Shown piece after piece: positions 1 to 8,538 of a stretch of 45,169 nt of DNA. The stretch covers positions 1-45,169 of the forward strand of contig JBFLZX010000006.1 in NCBI GenBank assembly GCA_040756075.1, given 5' to 3'. Origin of the DNA: Patescibacteria group bacterium (lineage in GTDB: Bacteria; Patescibacteriota; JABMPQ01; JBFLZX01). Position 1 is the stretch's first letter. Each line of letters starts with the position of its first letter. A program made the position numbers and the translations under genes. Under the pieces are notes generated by a model. The model made no database searches. It saw nothing but the letters and a program-made list of their open reading frames with translations, and was not told where the DNA came from.

Positions 1-7
1 CTTCAAC

Positions 8-141
8 ATACTAAAATCCCTGGCTCGAGCCTCAGATTTTGGTATGGTAATCTTTTAGCAATTTAAACAGTCTCAATAAATTATCGAGGTTTTGAATCTA
101 AGCGATACTAAAATCCCTGGCTCGAGCTTCAGATTTTGGTA
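8..141. repeat. Two 37-bp palindromic direct repeats (8-44, 105-141) separated by a 60-bp unique spacer; CRISPR-like, may continue beyond the window
   Basis: ATACTAAAATCCCTGGCTCGAGC(C/T)TCAGATTTTGGTA occurs twice with 1 mismatch; ends TACTAAAATC/GATTTTGGTA are near-complementary; central GGCTCGAGCC palindrome. Confidence 0.9.
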
Positions 142-143
142 AA

Positions 144-695
144 CTATTTCAATTTAAAATATTTCAAAATCTCCTCTTGGTGATCAATGGATTTTGCTAC
201 AATATAACGCACATAGGGTTTGATGTTGTAAATTTCTTTTAAAAATTCAATTTCTTTATAACAATCGTAAGGATAAACTAAAACGCTTTCTTGAAGTTTA
301 TAAAATCCTAGAATTTCCAATCTATCGCGAAACATATCGCGCGTATATTTCCTCATATTCGGGATATCAGAAATAACTATCCGGAAAAACCCATCCCAAT
401 GTAAAGGTGTATCGATAAATAAAGAATCAAGATAATATCGAAAAGCATGAGCCTTGCCGGATTTAGTTAGTTCCAAATAATCTATTTTTCCATTTTTTGT
501 TATTTCAATGAATCGCTTATGTTTTAAATAATTAATTGATCTTCGATATTTTTTTCGATCAAATCTATGTTTTTTGTATATAGGCCGGCCCAACGCGCCC
601 ACTAAATTAGGAGCAATAATTGCTATTGACAAAATACCCCCGACAGCAAGCAAACCTAAAATTTTCCCTGTGATATTGTCTTTAATAATCGGCAT
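144..695 (-). CDS. PaaX-family / Cas2-like protein (hydrophobic N-terminus, winged-helix, Cas2-like ferredoxin fold)
   Basis: Motifs LELTKSG, WDGFFRIVISDIP, RDMFRDRLEILGFYKLQESVLVYPY are typical of the PaaX-central/Cas2-like family common in CPR genomes. Confidence 0.8.
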   Translation of the reverse strand: MPIIKDNITGKILGLLAVGGILSIAIIAPNLVGALGRPIYKKHRFDRKKYRRSINYLKHKRFIEITKNGKIDYLELTKSGKAHAFRYYLDSLFIDTPLHWDGFFRIVISDIPNMRKYTRDMFRDRLEILGFYKLQESVLVYPYDCYKEIEFLKEIYNIKPYVRYIVAKSIDHQEEILKYFKLK

Positions 696-716
696 ATGAT
701 AAATTTTATTATTTGC

Positions 717-745
717 ATTATAGCATTAAACTGCCGAAAAGACAA
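717..745 (-). promoter_or_regulatory. Sigma70-type promoter for the PaaX/Cas2-like gene
   Basis: Minus strand TTGTCT-17 bp-TATAAT with extended -10 TGn (TGcTATAAT), 21 bp upstream of the ATG. Confidence 0.6.
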
Positions 746-758
746 TTTTCTATTGTCT

Positions 759-780
759 AAAAAAAACAGGCTTACGCCTA
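759..780 (-). terminator. Possible short intrinsic terminator
   Basis: Minus strand AGGC-GTAA-GCCT hairpin followed by a T run; the stem is short. Confidence 0.35.
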
Positions 781-825
781 AAATTTTAGACAGCATTATT
801 TCTAATAATCTAAATAAATCTAGAA

Positions 826-1064
826 AATAAATCCCACACCCTTCAGCGGGGTATTAGACCCCGCCGAAAGGCTCTAATTTTTTATCCCAAAAGCAAGAGA
901 GGCTGTCTAAAAACTCGATTTTTTACTTTTCGAGCGAGTGAAGCGAGTCGAGAAATAGCCCATTTAAGCCAAAATTTATTTTCTCGACTCCGCTCGAAAG
1001 GTAAATTTTGGCATTCTTAGACAGCCTCAAGAGCGGTGGGGTATTTTAAAAGGTGTGGGATAAA
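826..1064 (+). mobile_element. 105-bp miniature inverted-repeat element (TIR ATCCCACACC/GGTGTGGGAT) interrupted by a 130-bp insertion
   Basis: After removing 899-1028 and one AAGA copy it aligns end to end with the reverse complement of 28756-28860. Confidence 0.85.
899..1028. mobile_element. 130-bp MITE with 12-bp TIRs GAGGCTGTCTAA/TTAGACAGCCTC and 4-bp target duplication AAGA; carries an internal REP-like inverted repeat
   Basis: Perfect TIRs at 899-910 and 1017-1028; AAGA at 895-898 and 1029-1032; single TCTT at 28788-28791 in the empty copy; internal arms TTTCGAGCG..GTCGAGAAA / TTTCTCGACTCCGCTCGAAA. Confidence 0.85.
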
Positions 1065-1113
1065 TTACCTAACTGCCCCAAAGGGCGGGGCTTAGAAATT
1101 TTAGTTAAACATT

Positions 1114-1139
1114 AAAAAAAGACAGGAGGTATTCCTGCC
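1114..1139 (-). terminator. Rho-independent terminator of the surface-protein cluster
   Basis: Minus strand GGCAGGA-ATACC-TCCTGTC followed by T7, 24 bp after the stop of 1164..4151. Confidence 0.7.
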
Positions 1140-1163
1140 CTTTAATTTTATAGATTTTCAGAC

Positions 1164-4151
1164 TTACTCTTTTATTACTTTCTCAAACTCATCGCTTGAC
1201 AAAAATTTCTGTTTTAAAATATCAAGCGCCAAGCCAGTTTTATTCCAGTATTCCACGCCTTCAATATCTGCCGGCCGAACATAAAGAGTCTCATAGATTT
1301 CAGAAATCGCTGCGGTCCGGCCTAAATTTTTTTCAATTTCATAAAGACGATTATCATATTCTTCAGACAAAGCCAGATGGCGGCGTTGATCTTTAGTTAG
1401 GGAAAAATTCGCCTCAAGATATTTTGCTCCGGCTTTGTCTGCTCCCCGTTTTAAGACAATTTGATAAGCTAATTCCGGCTTTGCTAAAGCAGCGCCAATC
1501 GCGCTAAAAATTTCCTCTTGATATTCTTTTGAAACTGAAAGGGCGAATTTCACGCCAAAAATATCAATCGCATCACGACCAGCAATTTCCGGATCCGTTC
1601 TTTCCAGCCAAAATTTCACCCCCTCTTCGTCAAATAATTTTTCCAGATTGTCATCATAAATCCGGTCTAAAATTTTTTGGTATAATATTTTTATTGCTTC
1701 TTCACTGCCCTTTTCTTTCTGAATGGCAAGTAATTTATTATTAAATTCTCCACGAAGACGATCGTTTAAAATTGTAAATTTAATTCCGAGTAAAGTTAAA
1801 GCCTGGCGGTTTTCTGGTCTATAAAAGAAAGCTAAGCCGCCATTTTCTAACTCCTTAACTTTTTTGCCGGCAAACTCTGAATCTGGCGTTTCCCATTTTG
1901 CAAGATTTTCCTCGCTTTGGTCTTTTAAATAATCGCGGTCTAAAAGTAAAGTATAATAATAAACAATTGTCTGCAGACGGTTTAATGTTTTAAAAGTTTT
2001 AATTTCAGTTTCTTTTTTGTCGGCAGAAATTTGATAATAATAAATAAATCTTCCTTTTTCAAAACCATCACTATTTTTATCTGACCACTCGCCGCCTTTT
2101 AAATTCCGCAAAACAACATAATATTTATTATCATTTTTGTCTTGATACACTTTTGTGCTGTTATTGAATGAATTTTGGTTCTCGCCATAACGAAAAGAAA
2201 TTTCTTTTGGTTTTAAAACTTGCTCGTTTGATGAAGTAAAATTCCATTTTAAAACAACCCGTGAATGTTCGCGAAATTGCAAAGAAGACTCAATTTGCAA
2301 TTTATTTTCTAAAATTTCTTCATTTTCTTTTAAAATATCTTCTTCTGGTTCTGACGGCGAAGGCGTTAAAATAGCAGTAGGCGAAGAAGTTGGCGTAGGC
2401 GAAGGGGTTGGCGAAAGAGTCGAAGCCCTCACTGTCAGCATACAAGAATCTTTTTCTCCATTTTCTTTAAAATCTTCATAATTATAAACTAATTCCGGTT
2501 TCGCAATTTTTTTGTTCTCTTTAAAACCTTTTATAAAAGCGCGGTAAATTTTTTCCCATTCTTCCCCGCTATATCCCCAATTTAAATTCTGACTTCCAAG
2601 CTGAAACGGCGAAGCGCCATAAAATATCACTCCTTTTGCTCCTGCCTGCCGTAATTGATAACCAACATATTGGGCATATTCTTCTGATTTAATGACAAAT
2701 CGATTTTTTACACAAGGATAATTTTCTTTCTTGGAAATGCTGTCAACTAAATAAGAAAAAGAAAGATAAACCAGCGAATCATTAAGCTCTAAATCTTGTA
2801 AAGTCATATCAAAAGCATCCAACGAAGAAATTATATAAAGAGAAGGATTGGGAATATCGCCGGTTTTTGGCGGCATATAAAATGAATTCTCTAAAACATC
2901 GTTAGAAATTGTTTTTTGTCTTTGAGCAAGAATATACTGATTTCCTTGAAATTTTATTTCGGAATTATTTTCTATCTTTTTACAGCTTATATCCGGCCCA
3001 GCAACTTTTGAACAATAATCACTGTCTTTTGAAGTATATAAATAAGGAGTATATTTATATTTTTTGTCCGAAAAAGCGTACTCTCCATAAAAGGCGATCA
3101 AAACATTTTTTACCTCGCCGCTTCCTTCTTTTATTCCTTCTTTTGCCGCATTATAAAGATCCTTCCCGCGCTCTTTCCAGTGATAAAGATAACACTCTGA
3201 AGATGATAATCCCTTTGGACAAGCCTCATTTAATCTTTTTGCTTTGTCCAAAAATTCTTCACTGGGCAAAATAGACAAAGTTGGATCTAAACTGCAAAAA
3301 TCATTAACTCGCCAAGGCGCTTCATAAACTTCAAAATCAATATTAATCAAATCGCCCGGCTCATATTTTATTTTTGCCACTCTGTCGGTTGTTAATATTT
3401 TTAAATTCACTTCCTGCCAGAGATTTCCCTGATAAGAAGGATCAAATACTTTTGGATGAGGATATTTGCTGTAAAGTTTATCCGTAAGATAAGGCTGAAC
3501 ACAGACATTATTTTTATTACAAACATAAGAGAGTGAGCAATCAGAATCATTTTTACATTTTTTACAATCAGAATCTTTACTAACATCACAAGTTTCTTTT
3601 TTTGGACAATGCCAAGGATTAAAATTTGGCACATCAAAAATCGCTTGACAATATTCTTGCGCCCCCGGCTTTCCTGCCTGTTTTTCTTCAAATTTTTCTT
3701 TTGTGCAGTTATTAAATATTCCGGGATAAAATTTTTCATTAAAACCGTAATCAGCGGGACTAATGTTATGGACAATTTTAAATCCCAAATTCCGGGCTAC
3801 CTCAACTGCTTTTTTATTCAAATCAGCGGCATCTTTGCCGCTGTCATAACTTGGCCTTAATTTTATATAAGTAAAACCTATATCTTTTAATTCTCTAAAT
3901 TTTTTCTCTAAAATACACAATCTTTTTTCTTGTTCATCTGTTTTGCTTTTACATTCTTCATTAGTATTTGCCGTCTGCATTATTGAAGAAGAAGTAATTT
4001 CTGTCGTATCAGGAGCAATAATCAATTCTTCCGGAGCAATAACCCCGCTGAAATATAAGATGCCGCCGACTCCGGCCAAAACGGCAACAAAAACCGCCAA
4101 TCCGACAGCCAATTTTAAACCTACCCCCTTTGTTTTCACTTGCGTTTTCAT
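1164..4151 (-). CDS. Large membrane-anchored surface protein (paralog A): N-terminal TM, possible glycoside-hydrolase-like barrel with Cys-rich insert, PT linker, DUF4214-like C-terminal repeats
   Basis: 995-aa ORF; TM LAVGLAVFVAVLAGVGGILYF; SPTPSPTPTSSPT linker; repeats such as YQIVLKRGADKAG and YETLYVRPADIEGVEYW. Confidence 0.75.
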   Translation of the reverse strand: MKTQVKTKGVGLKLAVGLAVFVAVLAGVGGILYFSGVIAPEELIIAPDTTEITSSSIMQTANTNEECKSKTDEQEKRLCILEKKFRELKDIGFTYIKLRPSYDSGKDAADLNKKAVEVARNLGFKIVHNISPADYGFNEKFYPGIFNNCTKEKFEEKQAGKPGAQEYCQAIFDVPNFNPWHCPKKETCDVSKDSDCKKCKNDSDCSLSYVCNKNNVCVQPYLTDKLYSKYPHPKVFDPSYQGNLWQEVNLKILTTDRVAKIKYEPGDLINIDFEVYEAPWRVNDFCSLDPTLSILPSEEFLDKAKRLNEACPKGLSSSECYLYHWKERGKDLYNAAKEGIKEGSGEVKNVLIAFYGEYAFSDKKYKYTPYLYTSKDSDYCSKVAGPDISCKKIENNSEIKFQGNQYILAQRQKTISNDVLENSFYMPPKTGDIPNPSLYIISSLDAFDMTLQDLELNDSLVYLSFSYLVDSISKKENYPCVKNRFVIKSEEYAQYVGYQLRQAGAKGVIFYGASPFQLGSQNLNWGYSGEEWEKIYRAFIKGFKENKKIAKPELVYNYEDFKENGEKDSCMLTVRASTLSPTPSPTPTSSPTAILTPSPSEPEEDILKENEEILENKLQIESSLQFREHSRVVLKWNFTSSNEQVLKPKEISFRYGENQNSFNNSTKVYQDKNDNKYYVVLRNLKGGEWSDKNSDGFEKGRFIYYYQISADKKETEIKTFKTLNRLQTIVYYYTLLLDRDYLKDQSEENLAKWETPDSEFAGKKVKELENGGLAFFYRPENRQALTLLGIKFTILNDRLRGEFNNKLLAIQKEKGSEEAIKILYQKILDRIYDDNLEKLFDEEGVKFWLERTDPEIAGRDAIDIFGVKFALSVSKEYQEEIFSAIGAALAKPELAYQIVLKRGADKAGAKYLEANFSLTKDQRRHLALSEEYDNRLYEIEKNLGRTAAISEIYETLYVRPADIEGVEYWNKTGLALDILKQKFLSSDEFEKVIKE

Positions 4152-4188
4152 TGAAAAAAGTCTTATTTTTCTTGATTGTTTTTAATTT

Positions 4189-7100
4189 TTATTCCAATTT
4201 TTTCCCCATTGCCTCTTTAGCGAATGCCGGCTCGCCGAATTTCTTAAATTCCTTGCTTTCAAACAACATTTGCGCTGTCTGCTCAAATGTTAATCCTTCT
4301 TTTTCCATTTTTTCTTTATAAAATTTCAAACCATCAGGATCAATTGGCCGGCCCAAAACACCTAAATATAAATAGCCCAAGGCTTGATCGCGGCCAACTT
4401 CTTTATCAATTTTTTCTATTCGCTCTTTTGGCTCTTTTTTAAATTGGAAGGTTTTTGTAACTTCTCTTGTCTGTTTATTTTCAGTCTCAACAAAATCCCC
4501 CAAAATCTCGCGCCGCATTTCTTTGCTGTTTGTGCCGTATTGCTGTTTTAGCCATTCTAAATCTTTTTCTACGCCTGGACGGCCAAGGGTTGTTAAATAA
4601 GAGAAAGAGGCGAGAGTTTTCTCTAAACCCTGCGAGACAATTAAATTTTTGTTGTATTCCGAAGACAAGAAGAAATAACTAATCGCTCCTTCCCAAGAAA
4701 TCTTTTTAGTATCAATTTGCTCCCGCCAGAAATTTAATCCTTCTTGGTCTGCAGCTTTTGCTAAATCTTCAGGATAAATACGATCGTGAATAGTTGAAAA
4801 TAACCGTTCCACTCCCAACAAACTTCCTTTTTCCGAAACTGTCCGTTCAAAACGAGAAATAAATTCCTGGCGCAAAGGATCATGCATCACTGCGTATTTT
4901 ATTCCCTCAAAAGTCAAACCGCTATCATACCAGAAAGTTGCTCCGTCGCATCTTGCGCCCTTGCATTCTTTAGGATTCATATTACCCGTAAAATCAAGGT
5001 TCTCTTCTTCACCAAAAATGCGATAATAAAGATACAAAATCGTTTGCAGACGATTTAAAGTTGTAAACGGCAAGGTTGAAGTAGTTCTTGTTATTTTATC
5101 TCCTTCTAAATAATCTACTTTAAAGACATAGGATGCTGAACCATTAACATAGTCTTTGTCAGTTTTTTCATAATATTCCCCGCCTTTCAATGATTCTAAA
5201 ACTGTATAATATAGATCGTCTTTAGGAGAATAATAAACTTTTTCTTCTAAATTAAGCGGCAATTCTTTAATTTCCTCTCCTTCTTTTGCTTTTTCTTTCT
5301 TTTCATTAAGCATTTGGGCATATTTAAATTTCAAAGATTTAAGCTCAAAAGGTTCGGTCCTGTCTTGTTTTTCGGCATCGACTGCCGTTTTTATTCCCGC
5401 GTCTTCGGTTTTCCATTTAACAATTATTCTATCCGCTCCGCGATATTCATATTTAACATCTTTAATCTCAAAAAGAGGAAGAAGAGTTTTTAAAGTATCA
5501 ATTAAATTTGGATTATTTTCTAAGACTGTTTTAAATGGAGTAAGATTAATATTATTTTTTGGATTTACTTTCCTCGTGTCTTCCCACCAATTTATTATAT
5601 CTGACCATTTTGCTTTAGGATCTTCTGGTTTTATTCCAGAAAGATCAGGGCCTGAAATATCCGGAGATGTATTGGGATTAAGCGGCAAGGCTGAAGTTGG
5701 AGCTGGAGGTGAAGATTTTTGTTGCAACGTTTCTTCTTCTTTTTCTTTTTCTCCTTTAACTTTCATTTCAACTTGGCTGATGCCAAGCGGGAAAGAAGTG
5801 GTTGTTCCATCATCAGGCAAAACAACAACTCCTAAAACTCTTGCATCGCTTTTTTCTTGCGACAGTTTAAACCCTATTGCTGATATCTCCTCATCCCATT
5901 TGCATTCCCATCGTAATTGGTCATATCCTTCATAATCTGCAATAACTGTATTTTTATTCAGTGTTGTGCTATTAGAATCTGTAAGATAGGCAAAATCTCC
6001 TTGTGCAGGATATTTTAAGACCCCCTTTTCGGCTCCTTGAATTTCATATTTCGAGGTTAGCTTACGATCAACACCTTCGCCACATTTATCGCTGATTGAA
6101 ACATGTTGACCTTTCAAAATAAACAAAGTTTTCAGTGAATCTATATTCATTTCGCCATAAGACGGTATCTTTGGTTCATCTCCTTTTCCTATTTTATTCA
6201 CAGACTTAAAAGGATATATTTGTTCGTTATTCGTTAAGGTTCTTTCTTCAGTTGAAAGCTGTTTTTGATTTGTAAACACAAAAGCTAATTTTAAATCTGA
6301 CCCTGTATTTCCAGAAAAGTCGAAATTAAATTCCTTCTCTTTTTCTCCATTTTCTTCGTTTATTTCAGCTTTCTCATTGTTTTTTGCAGAATACCATCTT
6401 TTTCCCCCATCATTTGAAGCATAAATATCAACAACATCTCCTCTTAAAAAATCAGCTTTGGTTTTTATTTTTAAATTTAATTCTTTAATATTTTCAAGCG
6501 AATTATTGTTGTTATCAACAAATTCGCTTGCTGAAAAAGTCTTGCTTACTGCTTTTCCTCGCAAAAACCGCATATCTACTGCCCCGCCAAAATCAATTTC
6601 CGGCGTCTCTCCTTTATAATCAACCCAAACAGAAAGTTCGCCTATTTTTTTATCATAGAAATAGGCAGAGATTTTTGTTTTTCCATAAGCAGTCGGCAAT
6701 GGATAAGCTTTGGTGCCTGAAGAATAAAGAATCATTAATGGTTTTTCTGTAATTTTCCATCTTAGTGCTTCAGGAGCGCACAAATTAATATCTGAACTTG
6801 ATAATGACGAAAATTGTTTAGCCTTAGCCAGATTTTCAATGTTAATATAAAAATAAGGCACCTCGTGGGTTTTAAAATATGCAGCTAAATCAGGCGAGTA
6901 GTTTTCATTTTTTTTAAATATTTCATTATGTAAATTTAATAAATTCGTAGTCCCAAGTGTTATTGGCCTCATATACGCACCTGAAGGTATGTAAGCATAG
7001 TTATCTTTAAAACTATCTTCCTCAGTAATGCCTACATCATAATTAAGGTAATTTTCATTAAGGGGTAATTCACTAATCTTTTCTTTTATTTTTTGGCATT

Positions 7101-7536
7101 TATTATATTCATCAGAAGAAAGATTAGGAATATTTTTTGCGCCAAAATCCGGCATACGATCTTTATTTGCGAGGTATGCAAACTTTTCTGTGCTTAACGA
7201 TATGCCTCTGTCTTTATTAAACTCTATAAAAATGTCGGTATCGGCATAACCAGGCGTCTCTTTTTTTTCCAAAAAATCTTTCGCCTTTTTAAAAACCTCA
7301 TCATCAGCGGTTTTAAAAATCAATGCCACGGGCTTTGATTCTGTTAATTTTTTTGCCAAAGACGGCAACTCTGCAAAAAATATCACTGCCCCAATCCCAA
7401 CCGCCACTGCCACGCCAATGACCATTCCAATAATAAGTTTTACTGTAATTTTTGTTTTGGTTTTTAAAGGTGAAGTCTCGTACATAGGTTTTTTGTTAGT
7501 TGATAAATTGCTAGATTTTTGAAAATCCTGAGCCAT
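4189..7536 (-). CDS. Large membrane-anchored surface protein (paralog B) with DUF4214-like C-terminus
   Basis: 1115-aa ORF; N-terminal TM; TLNRLQTI motif shared with A and C; LYLGVLGRPIDPDGLKFY repeat. Confidence 0.75.
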   Translation of the reverse strand: MAQDFQKSSNLSTNKKPMYETSPLKTKTKITVKLIIGMVIGVAVAVGIGAVIFFAELPSLAKKLTESKPVALIFKTADDEVFKKAKDFLEKKETPGYADTDIFIEFNKDRGISLSTEKFAYLANKDRMPDFGAKNIPNLSSDEYNKCQKIKEKISELPLNENYLNYDVGITEEDSFKDNYAYIPSGAYMRPITLGTTNLLNLHNEIFKKNENYSPDLAAYFKTHEVPYFYINIENLAKAKQFSSLSSSDINLCAPEALRWKITEKPLMILYSSGTKAYPLPTAYGKTKISAYFYDKKIGELSVWVDYKGETPEIDFGGAVDMRFLRGKAVSKTFSASEFVDNNNNSLENIKELNLKIKTKADFLRGDVVDIYASNDGGKRWYSAKNNEKAEINEENGEKEKEFNFDFSGNTGSDLKLAFVFTNQKQLSTEERTLTNNEQIYPFKSVNKIGKGDEPKIPSYGEMNIDSLKTLFILKGQHVSISDKCGEGVDRKLTSKYEIQGAEKGVLKYPAQGDFAYLTDSNSTTLNKNTVIADYEGYDQLRWECKWDEEISAIGFKLSQEKSDARVLGVVVLPDDGTTTSFPLGISQVEMKVKGEKEKEEETLQQKSSPPAPTSALPLNPNTSPDISGPDLSGIKPEDPKAKWSDIINWWEDTRKVNPKNNINLTPFKTVLENNPNLIDTLKTLLPLFEIKDVKYEYRGADRIIVKWKTEDAGIKTAVDAEKQDRTEPFELKSLKFKYAQMLNEKKEKAKEGEEIKELPLNLEEKVYYSPKDDLYYTVLESLKGGEYYEKTDKDYVNGSASYVFKVDYLEGDKITRTTSTLPFTTLNRLQTILYLYYRIFGEEENLDFTGNMNPKECKGARCDGATFWYDSGLTFEGIKYAVMHDPLRQEFISRFERTVSEKGSLLGVERLFSTIHDRIYPEDLAKAADQEGLNFWREQIDTKKISWEGAISYFFLSSEYNKNLIVSQGLEKTLASFSYLTTLGRPGVEKDLEWLKQQYGTNSKEMRREILGDFVETENKQTREVTKTFQFKKEPKERIEKIDKEVGRDQALGYLYLGVLGRPIDPDGLKFYKEKMEKEGLTFEQTAQMLFESKEFKKFGEPAFAKEAMGKKLE

Positions 7537-7548
7537 AATTTAAAAATT

Positions 7549-7896
7549 TTAAAAATAAATCATTTTCCCTTCTTTTTTTGCCTGTTTCATAATTATTGAT
7601 TCTTTGTCAATATTTTTAAATTCCTCTGGCGTATAGCCGATTATATCCATCGGAATTTTTTCGGCGACTCCCTCGCGCATCTTCGATAAAAATTCAAGCC
7701 GTTCTAAAAAACCTAGATTTTTAAAACTTCGAGAAATAACAACCAAATCTATATCACTATGTCTGTTTGGTTTTCCATAAGCATAAGAGCCAAATAATAA
7801 AACACCATCTAATTTAATTTTAGATTTTAAATTTTTAAAATAATTTCTTAAAATCTTTTTTTGGAATGTTTTTAATTTACTTTTTTTTCTAGACAT
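7549..7896 (-). CDS. Minimal nucleotidyltransferase (MNT)
   Basis: GS-x10-DxD motif LFGSYAYGKPNRHSDIDL; overlaps the upstream HEPN gene. Confidence 0.85.
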   Translation of the reverse strand: MSRKKSKLKTFQKKILRNYFKNLKSKIKLDGVLLFGSYAYGKPNRHSDIDLVVISRSFKNLGFLERLEFLSKMREGVAEKIPMDIIGYTPEEFKNIDKESIIMKQAKKEGKMIYF

Positions 7897-8279
7897 AAAA
7901 ATAGGTTTCTAGATTTTTCCAAAATATCCTTGGCCTTTTGCCTATTAATTATTGGCTGGGATTTTTTTAGCGGCAAATCTGGATAACGAGGCGTTATATA
8001 ATATTGATTCAATGCCATAAGAAAATCTTTCTGAAATTTGGAGAATAATTTTTTATCCGCAATGATATCAAAAAGCCGTAGCAAATCATGAATACGCAAC
8101 AAATCTTTATTTTGCTTAATAATAATTGCTTTGAGTATTTTTTCTATTGCCTGATGGCAATGCCAAACAACTAATAAATATGTCCATTGATTAGCATTTG
8201 GCTTATGAAAAAGATATTCCGCTGCTTCTAAATCGCTTTTAGCAAATTTTAGCCATTTTTGGATTAAATCTTTTGACAT
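7872..8279 (-). CDS. HEPN domain protein (partner of MNT)
   Basis: WLKFAKSDLEAA...CHQAIEKILKA...HDL...RYPD pattern of the HEPN family; no clear RX4H motif. Confidence 0.85.
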   Translation of the reverse strand: MSKDLIQKWLKFAKSDLEAAEYLFHKPNANQWTYLLVVWHCHQAIEKILKAIIIKQNKDLLRIHDLLRLFDIIADKKLFSKFQKDFLMALNQYYITPRYPDLPLKKSQPIINRQKAKDILEKSRNLFLCLEKKVN

Positions 8280-8463
8280 AGTTTATATAATCGCAGTACT
8301 CAAAAAATGCTTTCATCTTAAATTCGACGAAATCTCTCGGGTTTCCGTAAACCATTATACAATTTTCAATTATTTTTTTCAATAAAAAAGGGTCGGCGTG
8401 GTTTAAATGGTATTTTTTAGCGATTTTTTTAATTTGATTTTTTTGCGCAGAAGAAATTTTCAT
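8239..8463 (-). pseudogene. Internally deleted MntA-like nucleotidyltransferase lacking the catalytic core
   Basis: MKISSAQKNQIKKIAKKYHL|NHADPFLL...YGNPRD aligns to both ends of 12661..13062 but lacks the 55 aa containing GSX10DXD; ATG at 8463 is the likely start. Confidence 0.75.
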
Positions 8464-8469
8464 AAAATA

Positions 8470-8538
8470 ACTTATCACTTACAACTTATAACTTATCACC
8501 TATAACTTGTAACAGTTATTAGTTGTTAGTTGTCAGTT
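8470..8538. repeat. Inverted degenerate heptamer array (ACTTAYM units / AGTTGTY units), no cargo
   Basis: acttatc acttaca acttata acttatc acctata acttgta, then agttatt agttgtt agttgtc; same unit family as the flanks of 13959..14336. Confidence 0.75.

Noticed and set aside
8-141. Bona fide CRISPR array
   Set aside because: Only two repeats are visible, the 60-bp spacer is longer than typical, and no cas1 or effector gene is in the window; kept as a CRISPR-like repeat.
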